NCBI GenBank assembly: GCA_049317345.1
Contig: JBMOIL010000001.1
Location: 1 to 40,240, forward strand
Direction: 5' to 3'
DNA: 40,240 nucleotides
DNA from: Candidatus Nanopelagicales bacterium
Lineage (GTDB): Bacteria > Actinomycetota > Actinomycetes > S36-B12
In this document: positions 18,634 to 25,647 of the stretch, one piece after another
How positions within the stretch are numbered: the first letter of the stretch is position 1
Layout of the letters: every line of letters starts with the position of its first letter
Translations under genes and position numbers: made by a program
Notes under the pieces: generated by a model
What the model saw: the letters and a program-made list of their open reading frames with translations, nothing else
What the model was told of the DNA's origin: nothing
Database searches by the model: none

Positions 18634-18903
18634 ATGGCTGTCCCGACACGATCCGAAGTGGAGGCGACCATCGCCGAGCGGATCGCCGCCGACCCCGCCT
18701 TCCGCGACGGGCTCCTCGCTGATCCCCGCGCCGTACTCTCCGAGGTCGTCGGCTTCGACATCCCCGACACCGTCCAGGTCGTCCTGCACGAGGAGTCCCT
18801 CACCCAGATCCACCTCACCATCCCCTCCAGCGCCGAGCTCAGCGAGAGCGACCTCGAGCTCGTCGCAGGCGGCAGGTGCTGGGTGGATGGGTGCACCACA
18901 TGA
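18634..18903 (+). CDS. NHLP-leader RiPP precursor A1 (core RCWVDGCTT)
   Basis: GGAGG lies 6 nt upstream of the ATG. The leader is MAVPTRSEVEATIAERIAADPAFRDGLLADPRAVLSEVVGFDIPDTVQVVLHEESLTQIHLTIPSSAELSESDLELVAGG. Confidence 0.9.
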   Translation: MAVPTRSEVEATIAERIAADPAFRDGLLADPRAVLSEVVGFDIPDTVQVVLHEESLTQIHLTIPSSAELSESDLELVAGGRCWVDGCTT

Positions 18904-19051
18904 GGTAGCACTCCGTGAAGGAGCAGGCAGCGACAAGTTGAGCCTGGCGCATGCCCCCCACTTGTTCATCGAAAGCGTTTCGTTCGGTGGCCCGTTTAGG
19001 CCCATACGTCAATGAACCTGTGCGTCAAGCGCTGTCGACTTGGAGGTCTCC

Positions 19052-19348
19052 ATGGCTGTTCCCACCCGATCCGAGGTCGAGGCGATCATCGCTGAGCGCA
19101 TCGCTGCCGATCCTGCCTTCCGCGACGCACTCCTCGCCAACCCGCGCGCCGTACTCTCCGAAATCGTCGGCCTCGACATCCCCGACGGTATTCAGATCGA
19201 CCTGCACGAGGAATCGCTCACCCAGATCCACCTCACCATTCCCGGCACAGAGGAACTCAGCGACTCCGACCTCGAACTCGTCGCGGGCGGGTTCTGGGCT
19301 GGCGATGAGGCATGCGAGAGCGGCTCGTGCTCATGCGACCACGGCTGA
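19052..19348 (+). CDS. NHLP-leader RiPP precursor A2 (core FWAGDEACESGSCSCDHG)
   Basis: GGAGG RBS. It has the same leader family, with the EIVGLDIPDGIQIDLHEE variant, and ends in LELVAGG. Confidence 0.9.
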   Translation: MAVPTRSEVEAIIAERIAADPAFRDALLANPRAVLSEIVGLDIPDGIQIDLHEESLTQIHLTIPGTEELSDSDLELVAGGFWAGDEACESGSCSCDHG

Positions 19349-19447
19349 CGCCCCCATGAATTGATCTCAACGGGGGGGTGACAGCGACACCCAAGGGGCC
19401 TAGAGTTGTCGGTCGACACGCCGTGCCTATCTACGTGGAGGCTTGCT

Positions 19448-19738
19448 ATGGCTGTTCCCACCCGCGCCGAAGTCGAGGCGACCATCGCCGAGCGCATCGC
19501 GGCCGACCCTGATTTCCGCGACGCGCTGCTGGCCGACCCTCGCGCCGTACTATCCGAGCTTGTCGGCTTCAACATCCCCGAGAGCGTCCAGATCGTCCTA
19601 CACGAGGAATCTCTCACCCAGATCCACCTCACCATCCCGTCCAGCCAGGAACTAAGCGAGGCCGACTTGGAACTGGTGGCTGGCGCCGGGGAGTGCTGGT
19701 CAGAGTTCAACATGTGCTGCTCCGCCGGCTGCATCTAG
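19448..19738 (+). CDS. NHLP-leader RiPP precursor A3 (core ECWSEFNMCCSAGCI after LELVAGAG)
   Basis: GGAGG lies upstream of the ATG. The leader begins MAVPTRAEVEATIAERIAADPDFRD... and has the GAG variant of the double-glycine site. Confidence 0.9.
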   Translation: MAVPTRAEVEATIAERIAADPDFRDALLADPRAVLSELVGFNIPESVQIVLHEESLTQIHLTIPSSQELSEADLELVAGAGECWSEFNMCCSAGCI

Positions 19739-19760
19739 CCGTCAACGACGTGGAGATCGC

Positions 19761-19835
19761 ATAGCTCTTCCAACGCGATCCGAGGTGGGACGCTCATCGC
19801 TGAGTGCACCGCCGCCGATCTTGCTGGTCGGACTG
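19761..19835 (+). pseudogene. Decayed precursor relic (leader 5' end only; ATG->ATA plus a 1-nt deletion)
   Basis: By eye, acgtggag-n5-ATAgctcttccaacgcgatccgaggt-gggacgctcatcgctgagtgcaccgccgccgatc aligns with the A2/A3 start region at roughly three quarters of positions. The homology fades after ~75 nt. Confidence 0.55.
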
Positions 19836-19935
19836 CAGACAAGCCGGGCTCTGTTCGTGTCCGACAACCTAGGGCGTTTGGACTCGACGGATCCACATGC
19901 GCTGTAGCGTCAACCCTGGATGGAAGAGGTGACTT

Positions 19936-21501
19936 GTGCTTCGGACGGATAGCCCAGTCGTGAGCACGCTCGAGCGGCCGCTCGTGCTTACGGACCGCTT
20001 GCGCCCCTTCGTGTGGCAGGGTCGTCAGTACGCACATACGTCGGCTGTGCCTTTGGCCTACCTATCTGTTTCTGCTCCGACATGGGCGTTGCTTCAGCAG
20101 TTCGCCACTGCGCGACGGCCAGGCGACCTCCTCTCCGAGGCAACGCTTGCGGACACGGTATTCCTCGATGAGTTGGTGACCGCTGGGATCCTTCTTGACG
20201 CCGAGCGGCCCGATCCCGTGCACTCCTTCACGCCGCGCTCGGATGCTGTGGCTACCTTCTTTCTCTATCCAACGAGTTCATGCAATCTGCGGTGCGTCTA
20301 CTGCTACGCGACTTCAGGCCCCGGCTCTGGCCCACGCCTGAGCCTTGAGCACGCACTCATGGCGATCGAGGACTTCTTCGAGGGCCTCGGACCGCAGGTG
20401 GAAGTGGCGGAGCTCAACTTCCACGGAGGGGGTGAGCCCACGACTAACTTCGCTGTGATGGAGTCCTCCTGGCAGCGCTTTCGTGCTCTCGCAGCCGAGC
20501 GGGGTCTTCGTTCATCTGTCAACACGATCACCAACGGCACATTCGGTCCGAGCGTGCTGCGCACACTGTCCCAGCCGGAATGGTCCGTCATGGTCTCCTA
20601 CGACGGGCCCCGCCAGGCAGACCAGAGGCCCACAGCCGCCGGGACCGACAGCCGAGATCGAGTCATCGCGAATCTGCGCGCCCTTCGCGAGTCGGGGAAG
20701 CACATCTCCACGCGCGCGACCCTGACACGAGATGGGCTCCCCTTCCTTAATGCCCTTGTCGAAGACGCCGCCGACGTGGGAATCGGATCGGTGCAAATCG
20801 AGGCGGCCAGTCTCGTGGGGCGGGGAGCCAACCTCGAGGACGGACCACCCGATCCGCTGGAGTTCGCCGAGGCATTCCTCGACGCCTTTCGCCTCGGGCT
20901 CAGCCTCGGAGTGCACGTGACGACCGCAGGCCTTTCCCATGCCCGGGTCGGCAACGGGCGGCACTGCGGGGCCATCTCAGGACTCACCGCGCTGACCCCG
21001 GATGGCTTTGTCTCAGCGTGCGTCGAGGCCACGGACGGCAATGACCCCGAGGATCCCTTCATCATTGGCACCCTCAACTCGATCACCTCCCGACTCGAGA
21101 TCTGGCCCCTGCGCGAAGAAAAGCTGCAGTCGCGCGTCGGCTACGACATGCCCCACTGCTCCTCGTGCTACATGGTGGACACGTGCGCAGGTGGCTGCGC
21201 CTCCCGTGCACGTGCGCGGCACGGGAGTGCCTTCGTGCGTGACGAGGCGCACTGCGTGGTCTCGCGACGCGTGAATCCCGAGGTGATGTCGGATCTGGCG
21301 GATGGACGGCTACTGCCGGACATCGGTTGGCAGCCCCGCGAAGCCGAGCTACGCGAAGGCGAGTCGTCGATCGCCGGGGCGACCGGTCGCGTGGTCGAGC
21401 TCGTGCCGAGCTACGCCCGGCGCGTGTGGAACGCCGACCCGCGTCGGCGCCCCTTCGTGCCGGTTCCGCTCCGGCCACAGTTCTTCCACCTCCCGGCCTA
21501 G
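19936..21501 (+). CDS. Radical SAM enzyme with a full SPASM domain and an N-terminal RRE-like (PqqD-like) region
   Basis: GTG start. It has CNLRCVYCY (Cx3Cx2C) and a complete 7-Cys SPASM pattern: HCGAISGLTALTPDGFVSAC (C-x12-G-x4-C), CSSCYMVDTCAGGC (Cx2Cx5Cx3C) and a distal C in EAHCV. About 110 aa precede the rSAM core. Confidence 0.85.
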   Translation: MLRTDSPVVSTLERPLVLTDRLRPFVWQGRQYAHTSAVPLAYLSVSAPTWALLQQFATARRPGDLLSEATLADTVFLDELVTAGILLDAERPDPVHSFTPRSDAVATFFLYPTSSCNLRCVYCYATSGPGSGPRLSLEHALMAIEDFFEGLGPQVEVAELNFHGGGEPTTNFAVMESSWQRFRALAAERGLRSSVNTITNGTFGPSVLRTLSQPEWSVMVSYDGPRQADQRPTAAGTDSRDRVIANLRALRESGKHISTRATLTRDGLPFLNALVEDAADVGIGSVQIEAASLVGRGANLEDGPPDPLEFAEAFLDAFRLGLSLGVHVTTAGLSHARVGNGRHCGAISGLTALTPDGFVSACVEATDGNDPEDPFIIGTLNSITSRLEIWPLREEKLQSRVGYDMPHCSSCYMVDTCAGGCASRARARHGSAFVRDEAHCVVSRRVNPEVMSDLADGRLLPDIGWQPREAELREGESSIAGATGRVVELVPSYARRVWNADPRRRPFVPVPLRPQFFHLPA

Positions 21502-21504
21502 ACC

Positions 21505-22485
21505 GTGGCGAGCAACCGCCTGTCGTGGATGAACTCCTGGGACAGAGCGGCAGACACCTTCCAGACACACGACGCACCCGCCTACGCACGGCTCGCGCGT
21601 GCCTTCGCCGACGAGCCCGAGGCAGGTGTTCCCGAGTCCCCGCTCGTCGTACTCGCGGCGCTGCGGTTGGCCGCATTCGAGGGGCGCGCCACCGACCCCT
21701 TCGTGGGCGACGTAGAAGCTACGAGGGCCGATGCGCTCCGTCTAGCCGACGAGATCAGCGAGGCGGTGGCAACGGGTCTGGTGCAGTACACCGATCCACT
21801 GCGTCTCGGCGACATCGTTCCGGGCCTGTGCCTCACCTCCCAGTGGTACCCCGGCCGGCCATTGCGCATCGTCGACCTGGGGACGTCCGCCGGCATGCTG
21901 CTCCTGGCTTCGGACATCTCCATCCGGTTTAGCAACGCCGCCTGGACGCCCCAGGGATCTCTCGAAGCCGTCGACTACCCCATGGCGGTCCCACGGGACC
22001 TGCTTGCCACACCCGTGCCGATTGAGTCCGCCGTGGGCATCGACCTCCGACCGCTCGACGCCCGTGACCCGCGCACTCCGAGGCTCCTGCATTCGTACCA
22101 GTGGCCCGGTCCGGCCCAGCGCGAGGAGCGCCTCGACCTGGGCATCCGGGTCGCCTCCCGACGCCCGCCTCACTTGATCGCGGGGGACGTGCTCGAGGTC
22201 GCTCCGGATGTGATCCGCGAGTGCCTGTCCCGCGAGGCGGTCACGGTCGTGATCGACAGCGCCTTCTCTCACTATCTCCCCGTGCATGCCCAGGTGCAGT
22301 TGGGCCGGATCCTCGACATGCTCCGCGGGCTCGGGCCACTGGTGATGGTGGGGCGCGGCCCACAAACAGCGGCTAACCGCGCACGCTCGACGATTCGGGC
22401 CATCGACATGACCGGACAGCGACGGATGGTGTACGCCGAAACCGACTTGCTCAGTGAATCGCCCGCATGGGTCGCGTCCCCGTGA
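21505..22485 (+). CDS. DUF2332-like protein (methyltransferase-like fold suspected)
   Basis: GTG start 3 nt after the rSAM stop. From memory it resembles DUF2332 proteins: YARLARAFADEPE, IVDLGTSAGMLLL (a glycine-rich loop) and LLHSYQWPGPAQREERL. Confidence 0.5.
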   Translation: MASNRLSWMNSWDRAADTFQTHDAPAYARLARAFADEPEAGVPESPLVVLAALRLAAFEGRATDPFVGDVEATRADALRLADEISEAVATGLVQYTDPLRLGDIVPGLCLTSQWYPGRPLRIVDLGTSAGMLLLASDISIRFSNAAWTPQGSLEAVDYPMAVPRDLLATPVPIESAVGIDLRPLDARDPRTPRLLHSYQWPGPAQREERLDLGIRVASRRPPHLIAGDVLEVAPDVIRECLSREAVTVVIDSAFSHYLPVHAQVQLGRILDMLRGLGPLVMVGRGPQTAANRARSTIRAIDMTGQRRMVYAETDLLSESPAWVASP

Positions 22486-22536
22486 AGTAGGGGGCATACT
22501 CAAGGAGTCACTAGACCATGATGCCCGGAGGTCCAC

Positions 22537-22821
22537 ATGGCTATTCCCACCCGCTCCGAAGTCGAGGCGATCATCGCTGAGCGCATCGCTGCCGATCCTG
22601 GCTTCCGCGACGCACTTCTCGCCGACCCGCGCGCCGTACTCTCCGAGGTCGTCGGCTTCGACATCCCTGAGACGGTACAGGTGGTCCTGCACGAGGAGTC
22701 CCTCACGCAGATCCACCTCACCATCCCCTCCAGCGAGGCACTCAGCGAGAGCGATCTCGAACTCGTCGCCGGAGGCATATTGTGCTGGTCCGACGGGTGC
22801 TACCCGTATCCGGCGTCTTAG
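22537..22821 (+). CDS. NHLP-leader RiPP precursor A4 (core ILCWSDGCYPYPAS)
   Basis: GGAGG RBS, conserved leader, LELVAGG site. Confidence 0.9.
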   Translation: MAIPTRSEVEAIIAERIAADPGFRDALLADPRAVLSEVVGFDIPETVQVVLHEESLTQIHLTIPSSEALSESDLELVAGGILCWSDGCYPYPAS

Positions 22822-22986
22822 CCCGCTTCGATCCAGCCGGTGAACAACCGCTGCCATCAAGAACTCCCCGGATAGCGGCGGGGATGGGTCTGCCGGAGTG
22901 GTTCACGGCAGTGCACGTGAAGGTGATGCAGCCGAACTCAACATCACCCTGCCGGGCCCGCTCGACACTGATGCCCGGAGGTCCCC

Positions 22987-23268
22987 ATGGCTATTCCCAC
23001 TCGCTCCGAAGTCGAGGCGATCATCGCCGAGCGCATCGCCGCCGATCCTGGCTTCCGCGACACCTTGCTCGCCGACCCCCGCGCCGTGCTGTCCGAGGTC
23101 GTCGGCTTCGACATCCCCGAGAGCGTCCAGGTCGTCCTGCACGAGGAATCCCTGACCCAGATCCACCTCACCATCCCCTCGAGCGAGACACTCAGCGAAG
23201 CCGAGCTCGAACTCGTCGCCGGAGGCGCATGCTGGGCCGATGGCGGCGGCACCGTGATCTGCGCCTAA
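22987..23268 (+). CDS. NHLP-leader RiPP precursor A5 (core ACWADGGGTVICA)
   Basis: GGAGGTCCCC-ATG context, conserved leader, LELVAGG site. Confidence 0.9.
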   Translation: MAIPTRSEVEAIIAERIAADPGFRDTLLADPRAVLSEVVGFDIPESVQVVLHEESLTQIHLTIPSSETLSEAELELVAGGACWADGGGTVICA

Positions 23269-23389
23269 CGAGTGCAGTGGACCCCGCGACATGCCCTCAG
23301 GGCCAAGAGTTCACGCGCAAACCGCCGCGCGCCCCTCAAGTAGGGGGCATACTCGATGAACCACTCACCCCTGATGCTCGGAGGTCCCC

Positions 23390-23674
23390 ATGGCTATTCC
23401 CACCCGCTCCGAAGTCGAAGCGATCATCGCTGAACGCATCGCCGCCGACCCCGCCTTCCGCGACACCCTGCTGGCCGACCCCCGCGCCGTGCTGTCCGAG
23501 GTTGTCGGCTTCGACATCCCAGACAACGTCCAGGTCGTCCTACACGAGGAATCCCTCACCCAGATCCACCTCACCATCCCCTCCAGCGAGGAACTCAGTG
23601 AGAGCGACCTCGAACTCGTCGCCGGAGCAGGGTGGGGGGATGACATACGAAATCGCCCAGAGGGCTGCGCTTAG
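23390..23674 (+). CDS. NHLP-leader RiPP precursor A6 (core WGDDIRNRPEGCA after LELVAGAG)
   Basis: GGAGGTCCCC-ATG context, conserved leader, GAG variant site. Confidence 0.85.
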   Translation: MAIPTRSEVEAIIAERIAADPAFRDTLLADPRAVLSEVVGFDIPDNVQVVLHEESLTQIHLTIPSSEELSESDLELVAGAGWGDDIRNRPEGCA

Positions 23675-23733
23675 CCACCGGGCCCGCAGAGCCGCCATAC
23701 TCACCAATCACGCAGGCCCATACGGAGGACCCC

Positions 23734-24012
23734 ACGGCCGTTCCCACTCGTTCTGAGGTCGAGGCGATTATTGCTGAGCGCATCGCCGCCGACCCCGGCT
23801 TCCGCGACACACTGCTGGCCGACCCGCGCGCCGTACTCTCCGAAATCGTCGGCCTCGACATCCCCGACACCGTCCAGATCGACCTACACGAAGAATCCCT
23901 CACCCAAATCCACCTCACCATCCCCTCCAGCGAGGCACTCAGCGACGCCGACCTCGAACTCGTCGCCGGAGGAACGTGCTGGTCGGAAGGGTGCTATCAC
24001 CCCGAGCCCTGA
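23734..24012 (+). pseudogene. Precursor A7 with a lost start codon (ACG in place of ATG); otherwise an intact frame (core TCWSEGCYHPEP)
   Basis: The context is tacGGAGGaccccACGgccgttcccactcgt.... The frame is open from 23644 to TGA at 24010-24012 with no in-frame ATG, GTG or TTG between the upstream stop and the leader. It translates to (T)AVPTRSEVEAIIAERIAADPGFRDTLL...LELVAGGTCWSEGCYHPEP. Confidence 0.7.
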
Positions 24013-24132
24013 CGAGCGCATCGGACCCCGCGACATGACCTCAGGGTCAAGAGTTCACGCGGAAACCACGGCGCGCCCCTGTGGTGGGGGAATACTCAAT
24101 AGATCACTCGTCCCTGATGCTCGGAGGTCCCC

Positions 24133-24438
24133 ATGGCTATTCCCACCCGCTCCGCAGTCGAAGCGATCATCGCTGAGCGCATCACCGCCGACCCCGCCTT
24201 CCGCGACACACTCCTCGCCGACCCGCGCGCCGTACTCTCCGAAATCGTCGGCCTCGACATCCCCGACACCGTCCAGATCGACCTGCACGAAGAATCCCTG
24301 ACCCAGATCCACCTCACCATCCCCGCCAGCGAGGCACTCAGCGACGCCGACCTCGAACTCGTCGCCGGCGGCGGAGTCTGGGGACCCCCAGTGAGTTGCG
24401 GAACCCCCGATCCGGTCACCTGCGAAAACCCCGGCTGA
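24133..24438 (+). CDS. NHLP-leader RiPP precursor A8 (core GVWGPPVSCGTPDPVTCENPG)
   Basis: GGAGGTCCCC-ATG context. The leader has the ITADP and EIVGLDIPDTVQIDLHEE variants and a LELVAGG site. Confidence 0.9.
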   Translation: MAIPTRSAVEAIIAERITADPAFRDTLLADPRAVLSEIVGLDIPDTVQIDLHEESLTQIHLTIPASEALSDADLELVAGGGVWGPPVSCGTPDPVTCENPG

Positions 24439-24439
24439 G

Positions 24440-24504
24440 AGGTCCCTCCGGCACTTCTCACTCAGCCAGAGGTCGAGGAGATCATCACCGAGCGAGTTGC
24501 CGAT
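24440..24504 (+). pseudogene. Decayed precursor relic (RBS-like gaggtccc plus ~12 leader codons, ..PEVEEIITERVAD..)
   Basis: gagaggtccctccggcacttctcactcagccagaggtcgaggagatcatcaccgagcgagttgccgat parallels ggaggtccccatggct...gaagtcgaggcgatcatcgctgagcgcatcgccgccgat. It has no start codon, and the homology ends after GAT. Confidence 0.5.
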
Positions 24505-24633
24505 GGGGCGGGGGGAACCGGCAGTCGATATCGGCGGTCAGGAAGTCCGCGGGCGATCCCTAGCGGCTAGCCGCGCCTGGGCCCCATACTGAGACCACCT
24601 GCACGAGTTCCGTGCCTGGCACCGGAGGTCCCC

Positions 24634-24918
24634 ATGGCCGTCCCCACCCGCTCTGAAGTCGAGGCAATCATCGCTGAGCGCATCGCCGCCGATCCTGGCT
24701 TCCGCGACACTCTCCTCGCCGATCCTCGCGCTGTGCTGTCCGAGGTTGTCGGCTTCGACATCCCCGAGGGCGTCCAGGTCGTCCTGCACGAGGAATCCCT
24801 CACCCAAATCCACCTCACCATCCCCTCCAGCGAGGAACTCAGCGAGAGCGACCTCGAACTCGTCGCCGGAGGAATGTGCTGGTCGGATGTGTGCAGTTGC
24901 CTCTCCATCGGGCCCTGA
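24634..24918 (+). CDS. NHLP-leader RiPP precursor A9 (core MCWSDVCSCLSIGP)
   Basis: GGAGGTCCCC-ATG context, conserved leader, LELVAGG site. Confidence 0.9.
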   Translation: MAVPTRSEVEAIIAERIAADPGFRDTLLADPRAVLSEVVGFDIPEGVQVVLHEESLTQIHLTIPSSEELSESDLELVAGGMCWSDVCSCLSIGP

Positions 24919-25038
24919 CGAGCGCATCGGACCCAGTGACATGCCCTTAGGGTCACGAGTTCACGCGGAAACCACCGCGCGCCCCTGAGATAGGGACATA
25001 CTCAACGAACCACTCGCCCCTGATGCTCGGAGGTCCCC

Positions 25039-25311
25039 ATGGCTATTCCCACCCGCTCCGCAGTCGAAGCGATCATCGCTGAGCGCATCGCCGCCGATCC
25101 TGGCTTCCGCGACGCACTTCTCGCCGACCCGCGCGCCGTACTCTCCGAGGTCGTCGGCTTCGACATCCCTGAGACGGTACAGGTGGTCCTGCACGAGGAG
25201 TCCCTCACGCAGATCCACCTCACCATCCCCTCCAGCGAGGCACTCAGCGACGCCGACCTCGAGTTGGTTGCCGGCGGGGTGTGCTGGTCCAACCCGGCCT
25301 GCGTGGGATGA
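25039..25311 (+). CDS. NHLP-leader RiPP precursor A10 (core VCWSNPACVG)
   Basis: GGAGGTCCCC-ATG context, conserved leader, LELVAGG site. A 158-nt tract is identical to A4. Confidence 0.9.
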   Translation: MAIPTRSAVEAIIAERIAADPGFRDALLADPRAVLSEVVGFDIPETVQVVLHEESLTQIHLTIPSSEALSDADLELVAGGVCWSNPACVG

Positions 25312-25324
25312 CCTGCGGTCCGTA

Positions 25325-25624
25325 GTGGCGCCTACTCCCACCCGCTCCGAGGTCGAAGCGATCATCGCTGAACGCATCGCCGCCGACCCCGCCTTCCGCG
25401 ACACCCTGCTCGCTGACCCCCGCGCCGTTCTGTCCGAGGTCGTCGACGTCAACATCCCCGAAGGCGTACAGATCGTCCTGCACGAGGAGTCCCTCACCCA
25501 GATCCACCTCACCATCGCCTCGTCGGGAAGTCTCACCGAATCCGACCTCGAACTCGTCGCCGGCGGGTTTTGGCGGGGCGGCCATGACGGAGGTCCCGGT
25601 CCCCACTGGTCGGACACCTCCTGA
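25325..25624 (+). CDS. NHLP-leader RiPP precursor A11, divergent N-terminus, Cys-free core (FWRGGHDGGPGPHWSDTS)
   Basis: The probable GTG start lies 13 nt after the A10 stop, with no GGAGG. The leader is (M)APTPTRSEVEAIIAERIAADPAFRDTLL...IASSGSLTESDLELVAGG. The ORF track's ATG at 25268 lies inside A10. Confidence 0.65.
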   Translation: MAPTPTRSEVEAIIAERIAADPAFRDTLLADPRAVLSEVVDVNIPEGVQIVLHEESLTQIHLTIASSGSLTESDLELVAGGFWRGGHDGGPGPHWSDTS

Positions 25625-25647
25625 TGCGGCACGACCTGCGGTCCCTA

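Noticed and set aside
18466-19005. N-terminal 180 codons of the 898-aa ORF (16309-19005, - strand) as part of the YcaO protein
   Set aside because: This segment runs antisense through precursor A1 and mirrors its sequence (ELEVALAELGAGGDGEVDLGEG... is the reverse reading of the leader). The recognisable E1-like domain starts after Met181, so the start was set at 18465.
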